From: Oculina patagonica
Lineage: Eukaryota
Direction of reading: 5' to 3'
Assembly (NCBI RefSeq): GCF_052425735.1
Contig: NC_135761.1
Span: 8,184,001 to 8,248,000, forward strand
DNA: 64,000 bases
Below the pieces are notes generated by a model. The model did no database searches. It was given only the letters and a program-made list of their open reading frames with translations, and was not told the origin of the DNA. Shown here in pieces: positions 50,601-61,115 of this stretch. Position 1 is the first letter of the stretch. Each line of letters opens with the position of its first letter. The translations under genes and the position numbers were made by a program.

Positions 50601-53600
50601 GTTTAGCTTGGCCATATCGTTTTCATCCGTTTTTTTCAAGTTTGGAAGATAAGTTGGACGTTCAATGTCTAGCCCGAGCCGTTTTAAACAAGATTTTCCT
50701 TCGGTGAAATAACTTGCTTGCTCAACATCTTCGTTTTGCTTTGGACTAGAAGAACAGAATATAAGAACTGTAAAACATTTGAATACCAGGCCGAAAAAGA
50801 CAGATCTCTTTAAACTCCACATTTTCCAAAGCGAATGTGAATCTCCGCACCCTTAGGCTGAAGTGAGCTGAAAGAGCCTTAATTATAAATATAAGACTTC
50901 GCGTGGCTTCCGGAAAGAAGGAGGCGGGATAATGGATTAATTAATTGTTTTAATCTCCACTAATAGCTAACTTCTAATTTGTATTCCATTAGGATGATGT
51001 CGAAATTCAAACTCAGCAAGGACGATAAAACCATTGTAATAAAAATAAGCTTTTTAAAATGTCATTCATTTATTATGCACATGGCGTACGTGACGACAGC
51101 ACTAAAGCCTGTTTTTCACTAGCGACGCAAGTACAAGCACAAGCACAAGAGGACAAACACATTGAATTTTGATGCATATTCTTGAACTTGTGTCAAGCAC
51201 AAGCACAAGGGTCATTTTTTTCCTGTTCGCGTGCTTGCGTTTGTGCTTGCGTCGCTAGCCAACAAGGCTTAATAAGTTTGTCTTCTCATTATTATTATTT
51301 GAAATACGCCAAAAGGTGGTTGCGTCAGCGAACAGCTGGAATTCTTGAGAGTGGAACACTTCACATGTAATTACTAAAATTGACTTAGGATTTATATTGT
51401 ATTATTTTTTTACGATTTTGATGGAAGTTTAAAATCATCTTAATGGGATCTACATTAAAAAATTAGCTTTTAGTGTGCAAATGATGTGTAAAAAAGCAAC
51501 TTCAACGGCGGGGGCTAATACTTCTATCACAATCGTAAAAAATAATACAATATAAATCCTATGTCAATTTTAGTAATTGCATTTTTCATGATTGATATTG
51601 TTTTACTTTTGATCACAAATAGTTGCATCTGGCATGATCCTTCGTGAAACACTTTTAATGTCACACGTGTGGAATCAATTAGAAGTTTGTTTTTCCAAAA
51701 GTTTTTTTTTTTATGTTGTCACTGGAAGTCGATTACTTGTTTGAAATTAGTTTACTGGCTTGTAAGAAGTAAAATCTAGCAAAGAACCGGAACTATACAA
51801 CTGCGTGCCTTGAACTGAAAAATATGAATTGGCTAAATCTCTTTACTTACAATTCATAACATCTTTTGTCAAGTATCTTAAAAAATGGCAAATTTGTACG
51901 ACGGTGAAATCGTTTCTTTGAGCGACTTCACCTTCTTGTTTCAGAAATGAAATAGATCATGGACAGATAATTATTATGAAGTATTCTTACTAACACCAGC
52001 AGATCTGTTGGGAAGATGTCTTCATAAGCTGTATTGTAGGAGGCAAAATGGACTGAGTAATTTAATCTTATGAAAAAGATATTCATTTATTCATTTTTCA
52101 ACACAAAATAACGAAAAGAAAAATGAAATAAATTTTTAGAGCTGGAAGAGACCAAAACTTTATTAGTGCATTCCACTATTACGTGTACACCCTAATTACA
52201 TAATATGCGCGGATATATTGCGAGTTGCGTAATATTTTTTTCGAGCTCCGTCGGCGCGAGGAAAAATACAAGCAAAAAGCAAAATGTCCGCTCATATTAT
52301 ATGTGAACCATCGATTAAGGGATTTATTATTCCACTATTACTGGATTTCCAGTGACGCGTATTTTTTACGTGTGTTTACGTGCGTGAAAAAAAAATTAGA
52401 GACAATGTATGAACGACTTGCGTACACGTTTACGCAAGTCGTTCATACGTTGTCATTGTTTTACGCACATAAACGCACGTACAAAAATATACGCGTCACT
52501 GGAAATCCACCTTAAGTTTGGGTACATATTCTATAAGTTTGTCCCTCCGTATTTTTGCCCTGTTCTACAGTGTAATAACGTGGCATATTTTGCGCGTTCT
52601 TTTGCCCTAATATGGTAAAATGGCGCAATAGTGGAATAATAGAGGCTTCTTCTTTTTCTTCTCCTAGAGGCCTAACGAAATTAGGCTTCCGTGTATAGTA
52701 ATAAGTTAACATTAGTGGAAATTATTAAAAAAAATATATTACCATAATAAAACTAAACTGACTTAAATTTTTAATGTATATTCCATTAATGTGTTTTTGA
52801 AGCTCTTGCCACAGGCATACTGAACTAATTGTAAGAAATTCTTTAGACAAGCAAATATCGATCGTCTATAGGCAGTCGGATATCATCTATGCAAATATTT
52901 TTGTTAAGTATAAGGATAACTTTCTCAAAAATCGTTTCAAACATACCCTGAAGAAACGTAAAACATAATTAAGTCCTTTTGTTTAAAAGATCACTCGATA
53001 TGCCTTACTCTCGACAACCGCCATGATATTGAAGTATATGTGGCCTGACATGTCCTAATAGTCGTGTATCTGAGTGTGCAAAAATAATATTTGATCAGAT
53101 AAAATTACAGCTATTGTTCAGTTTAAATTTTTTATAAGTTCGGAAAGAGTATTCTTTATTCTGAATTGTTAGCGACACAACATTACATGGCTTGCTAAAA
53201 CTCAGCTCTTTATCCTCGTTCATTACTTAAACAAAGTGTTAGTATTAGAAAGCGAAATTCAAATGGGAATTCTAGAGATGACAGTCTTAATTAAAACAAA
53301 TAAGATTGACAATAATCTTTTTCTAGCATGTTATTTTCCTAAACAGTAGGCAAATTCAAGGACAAACAAAAATAGCAGCAAAGCGAAATGATTCCGCTAA
53401 AATAAATTTTATCTATTAAGCAGTTCGTTTTTCTGGCAAGACACAACAGACCCAAAATCTGCAGTTATTATTTTACCTAGAATGCGAACAGAATTAAAGA
53501 TCTTTAAGTAAACGTATGCTCTCTATAAGCAGGTCCTTTCGACTGTAGTAACAAAGAGCGTACTTAAAAGGACAATTTTATGGCCTTCAATCCTGTCACT

Positions 53601-56600
53601 AAAATCTTATTTTCCTTTAATTTTCAGAGGTGTGGCTTTAGCATCTTGCCTGTCTTACTGCCTGTTCCTTGGTGTTTCTGCTTTTGTTTACATATTTTGT
53701 TTTAAACTTTACCAGAAGACCTGGCCTGTCGAAGGTAAGACAGACAAACACTGCAGTTGCTTATAGTCATTAATTCCAGTAGGGAAGGTACGTTTTATCT
53801 CGGGGGGGGGGGGGGGGGTCGTGGGGGTGAGAGGGCTGGGGACTCAGAAAGGAGGATCATCAATGAAGGTGAGCACCAAAAGAGGAGGGCCATAGCTCTT
53901 TTTGAGCTATTCAAGGGGAGGGTCACACATCTTTTCCAGAACTTCCTGAATGTTCTTACAGATTAAGTTTATTTTTTGGTGTTTTATTATAGCTACTAGG
54001 TTACATTTCTACATGTATGACACATAGTTTGTTCGGAGGAATCGTGTCCTTTTCCGTCAGTATCGAGACGTACTCAGGTATCGTTTCTTCAGCTTCTTGC
54101 TGTTGACTATCCGCTGCCTGATCTCCTGAGTCGTTTACTAGTAGATCCAACAATGCGCTCTGGCTGAATGTTGGTCTGACTGTCCTGCACAATAGAAGTC
54201 AAAATTTTACTGCCAATGTGTGACTTTGCCACCCTCATTTTCCCATCTGTTCTTTCTTTAAATGCAATATTGTGGTGATTTATGTAAAGTTCAAGTTCAC
54301 CTACTTTAAGGGAAGACAATTTGTTTCTGTGATAGAGATCTCCCCAGACAATCATTGTATTCCTGTTGCTTTCTTTGTGCACGCTTCCTGTCATTATCTG
54401 TTCGCCGCTTTATCTTTTCCCATTTCAATGCCGGTTAGATGCTCAATATAATAGCAGAAACCCATAAGGGTTGAAACATGTAACTCCCAATGATTCGTAT
54501 TGTACAAAGCGTTTGCATAAGTACCATATTTGAAAAAGTCACGAGAGAAAAAATAGCAATCAAACTTGTAATATTTGGATTAAATTCACAGCGCACGCTA
54601 GCTCGCGCTCGATGGCAAAGTTTTGTTTTTAAACAAGTTGGTTGAATAAAGTTAAATTTGGTCAAATTCTCTTGTTTCTTCAACATTTAGTAGTTGAGGC
54701 GACTTCACTTGGATACAATTCTTTTAACTTCTGAAAGCAATTTACGGCGTTTAGATTGGAATTCAAGTAATTCATCCGAAAATCGAAAATGTTGTTGCGT
54801 GTACAGTGCATTCGCGTGCAAACTCTTCGTGTTTCCAAGTATGGTACTTGGCAATTCTGAATGTTCAAACGCTGTGAACGCGCGTTACACGTTTCAACCC
54901 CTTATGAGTTTCTGATAATAGGCAACCAGCTTTCCTTTATTTTTATAGGAAACGCCTTCATTGCCTTTTTATCCCCTGCTTTGTGCTTACCCTCTTGAAA
55001 CATCTGTTTATTTGAGCTCGAGGCTGATAATCATCGGGTTTGTGGTCACTCGTAGGTGTTTTCAAAAATGATTGTTCGCATTTTCTTGTTTCAGCGAGCA
55101 CACATCTAGTATCGAGATGTATTCATATTCACGGATTTTGCGTTCACAAGCGAAATGTTCTCAGGTTTCAATCTACGGCATGGAACATACCATGCAGTAG
55201 TGAGTGGAGGATCGCACGTTTGTCAGTCACCTAAAGGTGGGGGGTCAGGAGTTTTTTTTGTCAAAATCAAAACGCAAAGGAAGGCCGACACCTTTAGTGG
55301 AAAAAAATACCAAAATTCCTCAGCCCTCTCCACCCTTATTTCAAATTTTACATTTGAGTGGAAATTGTTCAAACATTCAAACTAAATTGTTATGACTCTA
55401 TCATTTTGGGCGCTAATTTTCATTTGCATATATGTTGCGTCGTTATGCGTTCTGTTTATGTAAAACGTTGCCCGATAACGACATTGCTGTCAGAAAACCT
55501 GCGTAACACGTGCACTATAAAGGACGTCAGTGATTGGCTAAGGAGATAGCAAGTTTTATCCTGAAGAACAAATGCACCTCTCTTTTACGGGACAGATTAG
55601 TTATGGTAATCGTATGAATGAAAGTGCAATTTTAATTTGAAAATTCGCTCAAAATTGCACAAGCCTTTAGTCCAGTGCAATTTTAAAGAAATTTTAAATA
55701 TCGCGAGTAGCGTAAATCCTTAATTTCTCAAGCTTTTATATATGATTATTGCATTAATTATGCGACTGAACAAATAATGAATGCGCGCACGTTAGAGTGT
55801 AGATTAAAAATTTAATAACAGCTTTGCCCACTCTCAGCCAATCATAATCATGAAATAATTTTTAAAAGTCCTACAATAAGGAGACAAACCACGTGTATCA
55901 GGTTGGTTAAAAAATCGTTTAGAATAGTTTGATGTGTTCAAGTGTAATTTTTACCACTGTTGCATTACAAGGTTGGACAACAGAAAGTTTACAACACTGG
56001 GGGCAGTTCATTATGTTAGCTGTACCTGGAATTTTAATGCTGTGTATTGAATGGTGGAGTTTTGAAGTGGGGACCTTTCTTATGGGTGAGTTAAGTATTT
56101 GTCTGCATTAGCTTCTGTGCATGCACCGTTATAATGGATATACTAGGTTATAATTAGCTTACTGTAAAGAGTCAGTATCAGCTCTCTGAGTCTACGCAGC
56201 CGCTATTTGGGGGCGTTGCATGACATCTCAAATAGCGGCTGCGAAGAAGACTCCAACTCTTTTGACGTCAGTAAAATTACATTACACTATCTCTTTCAGG
56301 ATCTTTTGGGACAATGCAATTGGCAACCCATGGTATTTTGATGCAGTATTCAAGCTTTATGTATATGGTTAGCATGCTCTTTTCTTTGATGCTCCTTACT
56401 CATAAACGGGGATCTTTTAGTTTAGCGTGGTTCACACCTTTCAACAAGTGGAATCACAAACAATATCGCACGTTATAAACGGCGCATGCCCTTCTTCACC
56501 TCCCTATTTGCTGAATATGTGTCAAAAAAACTTTTAAGCAAGTGCGAGCATGTATTTATGATTTACACTGTGATAAGTCGTTTTACGTCACTAAATTTTA

Positions 56601-59600
56601 ATATTGACCATGAATGGTATTCAAAACTAAGTTTCGCGAGGCTCTGCGAGTGTCATTTTTACTTCGGCAGAGTTTTACACATGTTTTAAAACAGTATTTT
56701 TCAGATTCCTTTAGGTTTGTCGGTTGCTGTCAGTGTTCGAGTAAGAAACGCTTTGGGAAAGGGTGACCACATCAGAGCTAAACACATCATGAAGGTCTCC
56801 ATTGTGACTGTGTGTAAGTATCCTATTGCAGTACTGATTCAGTCAATATCCACAATCTTCCTGTGCTGTTACATACAGTTGGATGGTTAAGGTATTGAAC
56901 ATCTGATAAATATATCAAATTCACCCGGGGAAGGGGGGACTCCCATATGAAAGAGGCGGGGATGCCCGTCGTCTCACTTAGGGGGTGTAAATTACGGAAT
57001 TTGGTCTCACTTAGGGTGCTCAGGAGCAGATCGCCAATATTTTTAGCGGCCAAGGTCTCGTTAAGGGTTGCACATGAAGATCACCATCACACCGTGTTGG
57101 CGATCAGGTATAAAAAATGCCCGGGGGGGAAGGGGGGCTCGCATATGAAAGGGACGGGAATGCTCGTCGGAAATTTTGAAAAGAACCCCTTAGTAAAAGA
57201 GACCAATCTGAGTGTGGCTCAAGCTTTTGTTCACCCCTAAAAGATACCAAAAAACTAAGAATAAAATATATATTTGTATATTTCTTTGTGCGCAGCCCTA
57301 AACGAGACCATTTTGGCTAAAAATATTGGCATTTTGTCCGGAACAACCTAAGCGAGACCAAAAATCCGAAATTTACACCCCTAAGCGAGACGACGAGCAT
57401 CCCCATCCCTTTCATATGCGAGTTCCCCCCGGTAAAAATGGTGTCTTTTAGGGGTCAAAAGGACTTCAGCCACGCCCAGATTGTTTTTTTTTTTAGGAGT
57501 TTAATTCAAATTTTCCCATGCCTTTTTCATATGAGAATACTCCCCCCCCCCCCCTTCCCATGGCCATCACTTACTATGCAATGAAGCCGCACCTTTCGAG
57601 GCTACCAAAGTTAACTTTTGTATTTCTGTCGTAATCTTTTTTCAGGTTGCTTTATAGCTGCATTGTCAGCAATCTTTATCGTCTTAAGAGAGAATCTTGG
57701 ACAAGCTTTTACACATAACAGGTGTGTATTTTGATGGAAAAAAAGCTGATAGAGATTTACCACGGCTTTCTTTTGTTTCTTTTGTTATTATCAAAAAATG
57801 TCAGGGTGTGATGAGGGTAAATCTTTATCCTTATTGTCCAGCAGTCCAGCCCCACATCCTGGTTTATTTTAATTGGGACAACGAGCCATAGTTGCGGGAG
57901 ACAATACCTTTTGTAAAAAAAAAAAACGTTGTCAAGAAGCCACAACTCATGCCCTTTATTTGCTTTCAGTGAGATCGTGGGTTTGGTCAGTAAAGTAACT
58001 CCAGCTATGACTGGATTCTCATTTTTCCTGAGCACGCAGGTAAGTGAAACAAACCGCGCTACGTGGCTATAGATCATCATTTTGAAGCTAGAACATAGGG
58101 ATGTCGGTGCATTTCGGTAGTTCGGTTGGTATCTTTTTTAAGTCGTCGGTGGTTGGTTGGTTGGTCGCGCGGGCAATATATGTTCCACTGAACGAAGCTA
58201 TTCACTTTTGTTTTTTGTTTCTAGGTGATATGTTCTGGCATAATTCGTGGCTGTGGTCGTCATAAGCTCGTGTTTTTCATCAATTTCATTTTCCACTATT
58301 GTGTGGCGCTGCCCCTGGCATCAAGTCTCGCCTTTTACGTCTTCAAATCCAGAGTCGAAGGTAAAGTACTGCCTCCTCCACAGGCTTTTCCAAGGCCGAT
58401 TGAGCGCGGATTCTGATCTGATAGAGAGCGCGAGCGGTGTGAACGATCGCGAGCGACTGGGGACGAGGCAGGGTAAGGTAACAAACTGAAATCAAGGAGG
58501 TTCTCAAATAAAAAGAGTGCGAGTAATATAATGAATTACAGAATAAACAGACCTATTTTCGTGTATTAGTGCTACAGTGGCTCTAAATTCATCGGTGCGG
58601 AATTTTTTGCTCAAATCTTGAGCGAAAATGATACTTGTTTAATGTACTTAGGTTGATCTTTACAAACTCGTTTCTTTATCAGTATGGTCAAGTGTTATTA
58701 ATCGCTCGTCACTGGTTATCCTCTAGGTTTCTGGTGGGGTCTTGCCGTTGGGCTCGCTCTTCAGGTAAATATTATTTCCAGTTTTGATTAGCTACAAGCT
58801 GGAGAAAGAGAGACGGATAATACGGTAATAACGATAAACAAAAGTTTGTGTTATCAGGCTACACGAACTTAACTTTGGCGACTTGAAATTGTAAAATAGT
58901 CTCACTACCTACAATACACATGAATATAACAATGAGATATGGAAGGGTGAAAATGGTCCGTGTCCACAGGAGTGGACAGCGGTATACTCACATGCATTAA
59001 AGGTAGTGCACCGCGTCATGGCTGGGGGCTGGGGTGGTTTGACAAATGTACACAATACAAAGAAAGGTGGTAATATATACAACGCTTAGGATTGTGGGAT
59101 ATCTATTGTTATGGAAATATTCTTGTTTTATTTCCGGTACTGAGAATAGTACTCAGCTTCATCTAATAATTGATCAGTTTTTTTAAGTTAATAATAAGCT
59201 TACTCATTGGCGGAGGGGGAGGATTTTTTTTGTCACTGGGGAAACTTACAGTGCATTTATCTCCTCAGTCACTCGCATTCATTATTATCCTCTGGTGGAT
59301 GGACTGGGACAAGTATACCAAAAAGGTAAGACCAAAAGCCATTCTATGTCACTTAAAGCGACTTTCCAAAAACTCTTCATCACAAAAGGAAGAAGTTCTT
59401 TATATCTAGCTACAACAATCCCACAAGTCAAACAGTCTTTTGTTAATTGTCTTTCTCAGGCCCGTAAAAGGTTAGCCCCCCAGCGGCCAACATCGCTTCT
59501 CAGTTGGAGCACTGGGAACGAGCGAGGAGATGAAGAAAGTAAGCCATGTTACCATTTCCTGACTTTTTTTTAGAACGAAACAAACTTTACCAAAAGTAAA

Positions 59601-61115
59601 CCCGCCACACTCTTGTAACCATTTATGCTTTCCTAATTTCTATTTTTTCTGAGACGTGCGGTGGATTAATGGTTAGCGCCATGGGTCGGGTTGCTCGTAA
59701 GCCAAATAACACAAACCCAGGATTTAAAAAATGATCAAAAATTCTGAATCGATTTCTCTTGTATTAAAGTATTTTATTGCTTATGTTTTCTGGAGTTTCA
59801 GATTAGTCGACCTCAAAACTGGTGGACAGAAAATATAAACAGAAAACCTCACTGTCCAAAACGTTGAAAAAATGAAATCAAAATTCAGGCTAATCCTGGA
59901 TTGGCTTTATCAGCTGGCCAGGATTGTTGTGTTGTGTTCTTGCCTTTCACCACTCAGGCGTATAAGAAGTTTTAACTTAAGGACGTTCGCGCGAAAATCT
60001 TCTAACATTGCAATTTTGTTCAAACTTTCACCAAAGCTACTTTACGAGTTAGTCAGGTCAGAAATGTAAAAAAAATTGGGGGTCACCGAATTCTTTTTTG
60101 AGATACGATATCTGAAAGAAGGCGCTTATTCGGTTAATTTTGACTTCGTCACTCGATGTGACCTCGGCGGCTTCTGGTGACAAAATATTTTAAATGAATT
60201 GATGCAGGCCAACTTTCTTTGTTCGAGTTTATTCAAGTGGGTCTATTGAACAAATATATTTCGCTTTCGAGGTCCCTTAAGGTAAATCTTGTCTTTAAGA
60301 ATTGCATTTGCGAACATTCAAGACTGCAAAATGTGATTGATTTGATCGCGCGCGAGAAGAGAAAATAAAAAATTAACAAACTTCCAACATTCAAATTTGG
60401 CCCATTTTTTGTCAGAGATTTATCGTAAAGGTGACACTCCCCGAAAAAAGTGAGTTTACCGACCATTTAAGAGAGGAAACTACAAGCGATGATAGCGTAG
60501 CATGACGTGGCGTGACGCTGCGACATGAATTTCGTGCGCAGAAGGATGCGCATAAAAAATTCGCGCGAACGTTCTTTTGAAGGGGTAAAGCTGCGAAAAC
60601 CTGGATAAACTCCGGCAAGATGGGACACTTTGGCCTGATGCAGCTCACTGAGTCAACCTCATTTCCATTTTACTTCAGATCTCGTTGTCACCTGGCTGTC
60701 CAGAACGTCGTCGCTATTTTCAGTGAACACGAACTCGTTACGAGAATTCACTAATCCACCGAATCCTGTTATGTCCTGGATCTACCGCTCATCTTCTCTA
60801 CTCAGCCTCAACACCACTCCTCTCAGGGCCATGAACAGGGACCACGAACAGGTCCTTCTCGAAGGCGGACCTCCAGGACGCGATCGATCAAGCGTTTCCA
60901 GGCAACAGCTTGGTATCCATGGAAACAAAATGACGTCAAATGAGAAGTGGTCCTTGATTTTGCGTCGACTCGTGTGGTTGATATTTGCACTGCTGGTGTT
61001 ACTAACAGCTGTTATTGTGCGAGTAACAATTTCTTTACCTTCGAATGAATCACACACATTGACAGCCGGGAATATGACCGGGCTGTTGACAAATTTAACA
61101 AATTTTTTAAGTTGA
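11696..61115 (+). CDS. MATE (SLC47-like) multidrug and toxin extrusion transporter, 15 exons, ~634 aa
   Basis: Phase-compatible GT-AG exons 11696-12123, 13371-13413, 13855-13899, 14113-14210, 53628-53734, 55972-56085, 56300-56367, 56705-56813, 57646-57721, 57970-58039, 58225-58360, 58727-58764, 59269-59325, 59460-59538, 60679-61115 total 1905 nt. MATE motifs: GRLGETELAA, QRYLQIQG, KTWPVEGWTTESLQHW, LAVPGILMLCIEWWSFE, SVRVRNALGKG, SGIIRGCG, GFWWGL, plus a C-terminal extra TM helix. Confidence 0.93.
12770..13268. mobile_element. Palindromic MITE containing a nested TIR element (12851-13191)
   Basis: Outer GGATTTCCACTGACGCGTAATTTT...AAAATTACGCGTCAGTGGAAATCC (same family at 52341-52512); inner GAGGGTCTCAATGGGGT...ACCCCATTGAGACCCTC flanked by a GTTTAC duplication. 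Confidence 0.8.
16600..17505. repeat. Degenerate ~300-bp tandem repeat array upstream of GPCR copy 1
   Basis: Recurrent unit ...CATAAACAGAAGAAAATTAATAGT...TTTGTGTTGATCACCAAA...GATATCGATATTGACTTTTGCAAG...GAAGATGTATTATGAAAACTTGGAGTTG...; boundaries approximate. Confidence 0.85.
17957..19003 (+). CDS. Class A (rhodopsin-like) GPCR, single ORF, copy 1, 348 aa
   Basis: 7 hydrophobic segments; GN (TM1), SLAWSD (TM2), LAVERY (TM3), FTWTP (TM6), NPVIF (TM7); Cys-rich tail. Confidence 0.95.
   Translation: MDVLTLLISGISIPLLVFTIFGNFLVIVVINKNKKLQNVNTSLISSLAWSDFGFAVVTFVEIFLVSNNVANFSFQFVMNALSSIYFLVALAVERYFGILKPFLHMKKVGKSLTQKVIFAVWMFAGVFSAAGIVIDSLSSQSTWETKNATANKTSSLPHENVTNGALLWFKTLSTVSTVYIFVLVTFGLVIPSVVMIFCYSRVIYHVWFNTDNNKSTNLAIFKSRRKLTKLFIILTITFLFTWTPTFGRPIVTRFGNEENARRYQLFSMFFALVGSAANPVIFSFRCPRFRQGLFKLLNCRCCKRKTRLNANRIFVANSYTLKETKRPPAIVQPVSISVGAAGQPMTPL
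19546..24142 (-). mobile_element. Decayed DIRS/Ngaro-type tyrosine-recombinase retrotransposon with split direct repeats
   Basis: Identical repeats A 19546-19651 = 23328-23433 (106 bp) and B 23132-23327 = 23947-24142 (196 bp). Minus-strand RT remnants (GVSEIIVSVVLDGFRLPF; IHPDHRTF; GVNIVLFLDEG) and YR remnant (ARCRELLKN; ATSVVRSSANLSQRLLLLH). Absent from the paralogous site at ~44913. Confidence 0.85.
20775..20941. repeat. ~42-50-bp minisatellite inside the DIRS-like element
   Basis: Four copies of AGGCCAGCGCCTCCTT...GATGAGTGAATGGACAAGCGTCCCAAA. Confidence 0.85.
24286..28401 (-). CDS. Somatomedin-B/Cys-rich ectodomain secretin-like (Methuselah/adhesion-like) 7TM receptor, copy 1, intact, ~990 aa
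   Basis: Predicted exon 1 28125-28401 (signal-peptide-like MWIIKRSVFFGLVFKCFTVLIFCSS; donor G|GTATGT) joins phase-1 acceptor TTCCAG| at exon 2 24286-26981. SMB motif SCRGRC..CFCDSSCEFFKDCCADFDQFC; TYKNHYCAQC and FSNPYCALC repeats; 7tm_2 motifs (LRTLPG, YFFLVSFMWM, GCWI, LMGFTWIFG, LQG). The splice model is inferred. Confidence 0.88.
26996..27257. mobile_element. MITE next to the receptor exon 2 acceptor (present in both duplicate copies)
   Basis: TACACCCCCTTTCAGTGTTACATGCATAGC ... GCTATGCACGTAACACTGAGAGGGGGTGTTGTA; paralog at ~49416-49677. Confidence 0.7.
28666..28946 (+). repeat. ~280-bp copy of segment 61583-61864
   Basis: Direct alignment by eye, roughly 94-95% identical; starts exactly where duplicate-unit homology ends. 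Confidence 0.9.
30209..30440 (+). pseudogene. THAP zinc-finger remnant of the Kolobok-like transposase
   Basis: FCVAGDPNQQSCKN...MHQFPSDPAAKAKWVQF in one frame and HDFKDPSSKYTSLCSAHF in another (C..C, FP, W, C.xHF signature). Confidence 0.8.
30636..31974 (+). CDS. HMG-box + 3x C2H2 zinc-finger protein, 3 exons, 173 aa, inside the MULE
   Basis: Exons 30636-30767, 31065-31163, 31684-31974, all phase 0 with GT..AG. Spliced: MAEQ...KKPTRWNSFMQSVAPDVKEQLGKGAGIGQVSKVVGNMWKKLPTDRRKDWKDKAQSLRE...CPTCSTQFTREKDFKYHQKGCHECICEECNESFDHEQKLQRHKDKKHKNSYKCDHCQKTFAEKRNLIRHQKSHV*. Confidence 0.85.
30885..31035 (-). mobile_element. LINE apurinic-endonuclease fragment in intron 1 of the HMG-ZnF gene
   Basis: ISRPTKITNTSATLIDKIF...SDH matches the CR1/L2-type APE C-terminal motif (PTR..TLID..ISDH). 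Confidence 0.75.
32340..32900 (-). pseudogene. Truncated MULE transposase (N-terminal FAR1/WRKY-GCM1-like zinc-binding domain; no DDE core)
   Basis: YYRCQHNTR...KNTNCPFQMIVKI...IEWDHNH...FRDLSPECTERVLKLFESGH, then stops; no catalytic domain between the TIRs. Confidence 0.75.
33708..33826. mobile_element. Short palindromic MITE inside the MULE
   Basis: GTTATTCACCAGCC..GGTCCGTATTGGGAAAAACTGTGCCC / GGGCACAGTTTTTCCCAATACGGACC..GGCTGGTGAATAAC. Confidence 0.75.
34137..39664. mobile_element. Academ-like non-autonomous DNA transposon
   Basis: TAGTCCGGGAGCTAGGAGCACAG ... CTGTGCTCCTAGCTCCCGGACTA; ~540-bp imperfect TIRs (34137-~34680 and ~39121-39664); TAG..CTA ends; flanks GAA/GCA (3-bp TSD with one mismatch); interior decayed. 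Confidence 0.78.
41450..42016. mobile_element. ~570-bp almost fully palindromic PIF/Harbinger-like MITE
   Basis: TTA|ATGTCTCCGCACACGTGGGGAC ... GTCCCCACGTATGCGGAGACCT|TTA; the arms pair nearly to the centre (~41730). Confidence 0.88.
42960..43098. mobile_element. Harbinger-like MITE present only in duplicate copy 2
   Basis: TTA|AGGCTGGTTCTCATATGATCGCC...GGCGATCATATGAGAATCAGCCT|TTA; empty site GTCTTAG at ~17745. Confidence 0.88.
43309..44355 (+). CDS. Class A GPCR, copy 2, 348 aa
   Basis: About 90% identical to 17957-19003 (about 35 substitutions by hand count); LAVERY and NPVIY intact. Confidence 0.95.
   Translation: MDVLTLLISGISIQLLVFTIFGNFLVIVVINKNKKLQNVNTCLIFSLAWSDFGFAIVTFFEIFLVSNNVSYSSFQFVMNALSSIYFLVALAVERYFGILKPFLHMKRVGKSLTWKVIFAVWLFAGVFSAARFVIESLSSQSTWERKNATTNETSSSPHENVTNDALFWFKTLSTVSTVYIFVLFTFGLVIPSVVMIFCYSRVIYHMWFNTDNNKATNLALFKSRRKLTKLFIILTITFLFTWTPTFGRPVVTRFGNEENARKYQLFSMFFALVGSAANPVIYSFRCPRFRQELFKLLNCRCCKRKRRLNANRIFVANSHSLKETKRTPATVQPVSISVGAAGQPLTLL
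45057..50822 (-). pseudogene. SMB/Cys-rich secretin-like 7TM receptor, copy 2, interrupted by a transposon
   Basis: Exon 1 50546-50822; exon 2 49401-45057 is split by the 46581-48222 insertion; both halves are otherwise open and near-identical to copy 1. Confidence 0.88.
46581..48222. mobile_element. 1.64-kb non-autonomous TIR DNA transposon
   Basis: TIR GAGCAGGAGGGCATTTTGCG(T/G)GCGCATGCGT; TSD TGATAAT (7 bp), or CTGATAATG (9 bp) if the ends are AGC..GCT; empty site at ~25802-25810. Confidence 0.93.
51103..51272. mobile_element. Harbinger-like MITE
   Basis: TAAAGCCTG..CTAGCGACGCAAG(CACAAG)n ... CTTGCGTCGCTAG..AGGCTTAA. Confidence 0.7.
56924..57562. mobile_element. CCCGGGG-ended MITE containing a nested related element (~57120-57432)
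   Basis: Outer CCCGGGGAAGGGGGACTCCCATATG ... CATATGAGAATACTCCCCC; inner CCCGGGGGG..CGCATATG ... CATATGCGAGTTCCCCCCGG with TAAAAATG-like flanks. Confidence 0.65.
59981..60574. mobile_element. Kolobok-like MITE inside a SINE
   Basis: TTAA|GGACGTTCGCGCGAA ... TTCGCGCGAACGTTC; right TSD degenerate. Confidence 0.6.

Noticed and set aside
53779-55340. Degenerate DNA-transposon-like insert in MATE intron 5 with minus-strand ORF fragments
   Set aside because: Only one end is recognisable, there is no TSD and no diagnostic motif; not classified.
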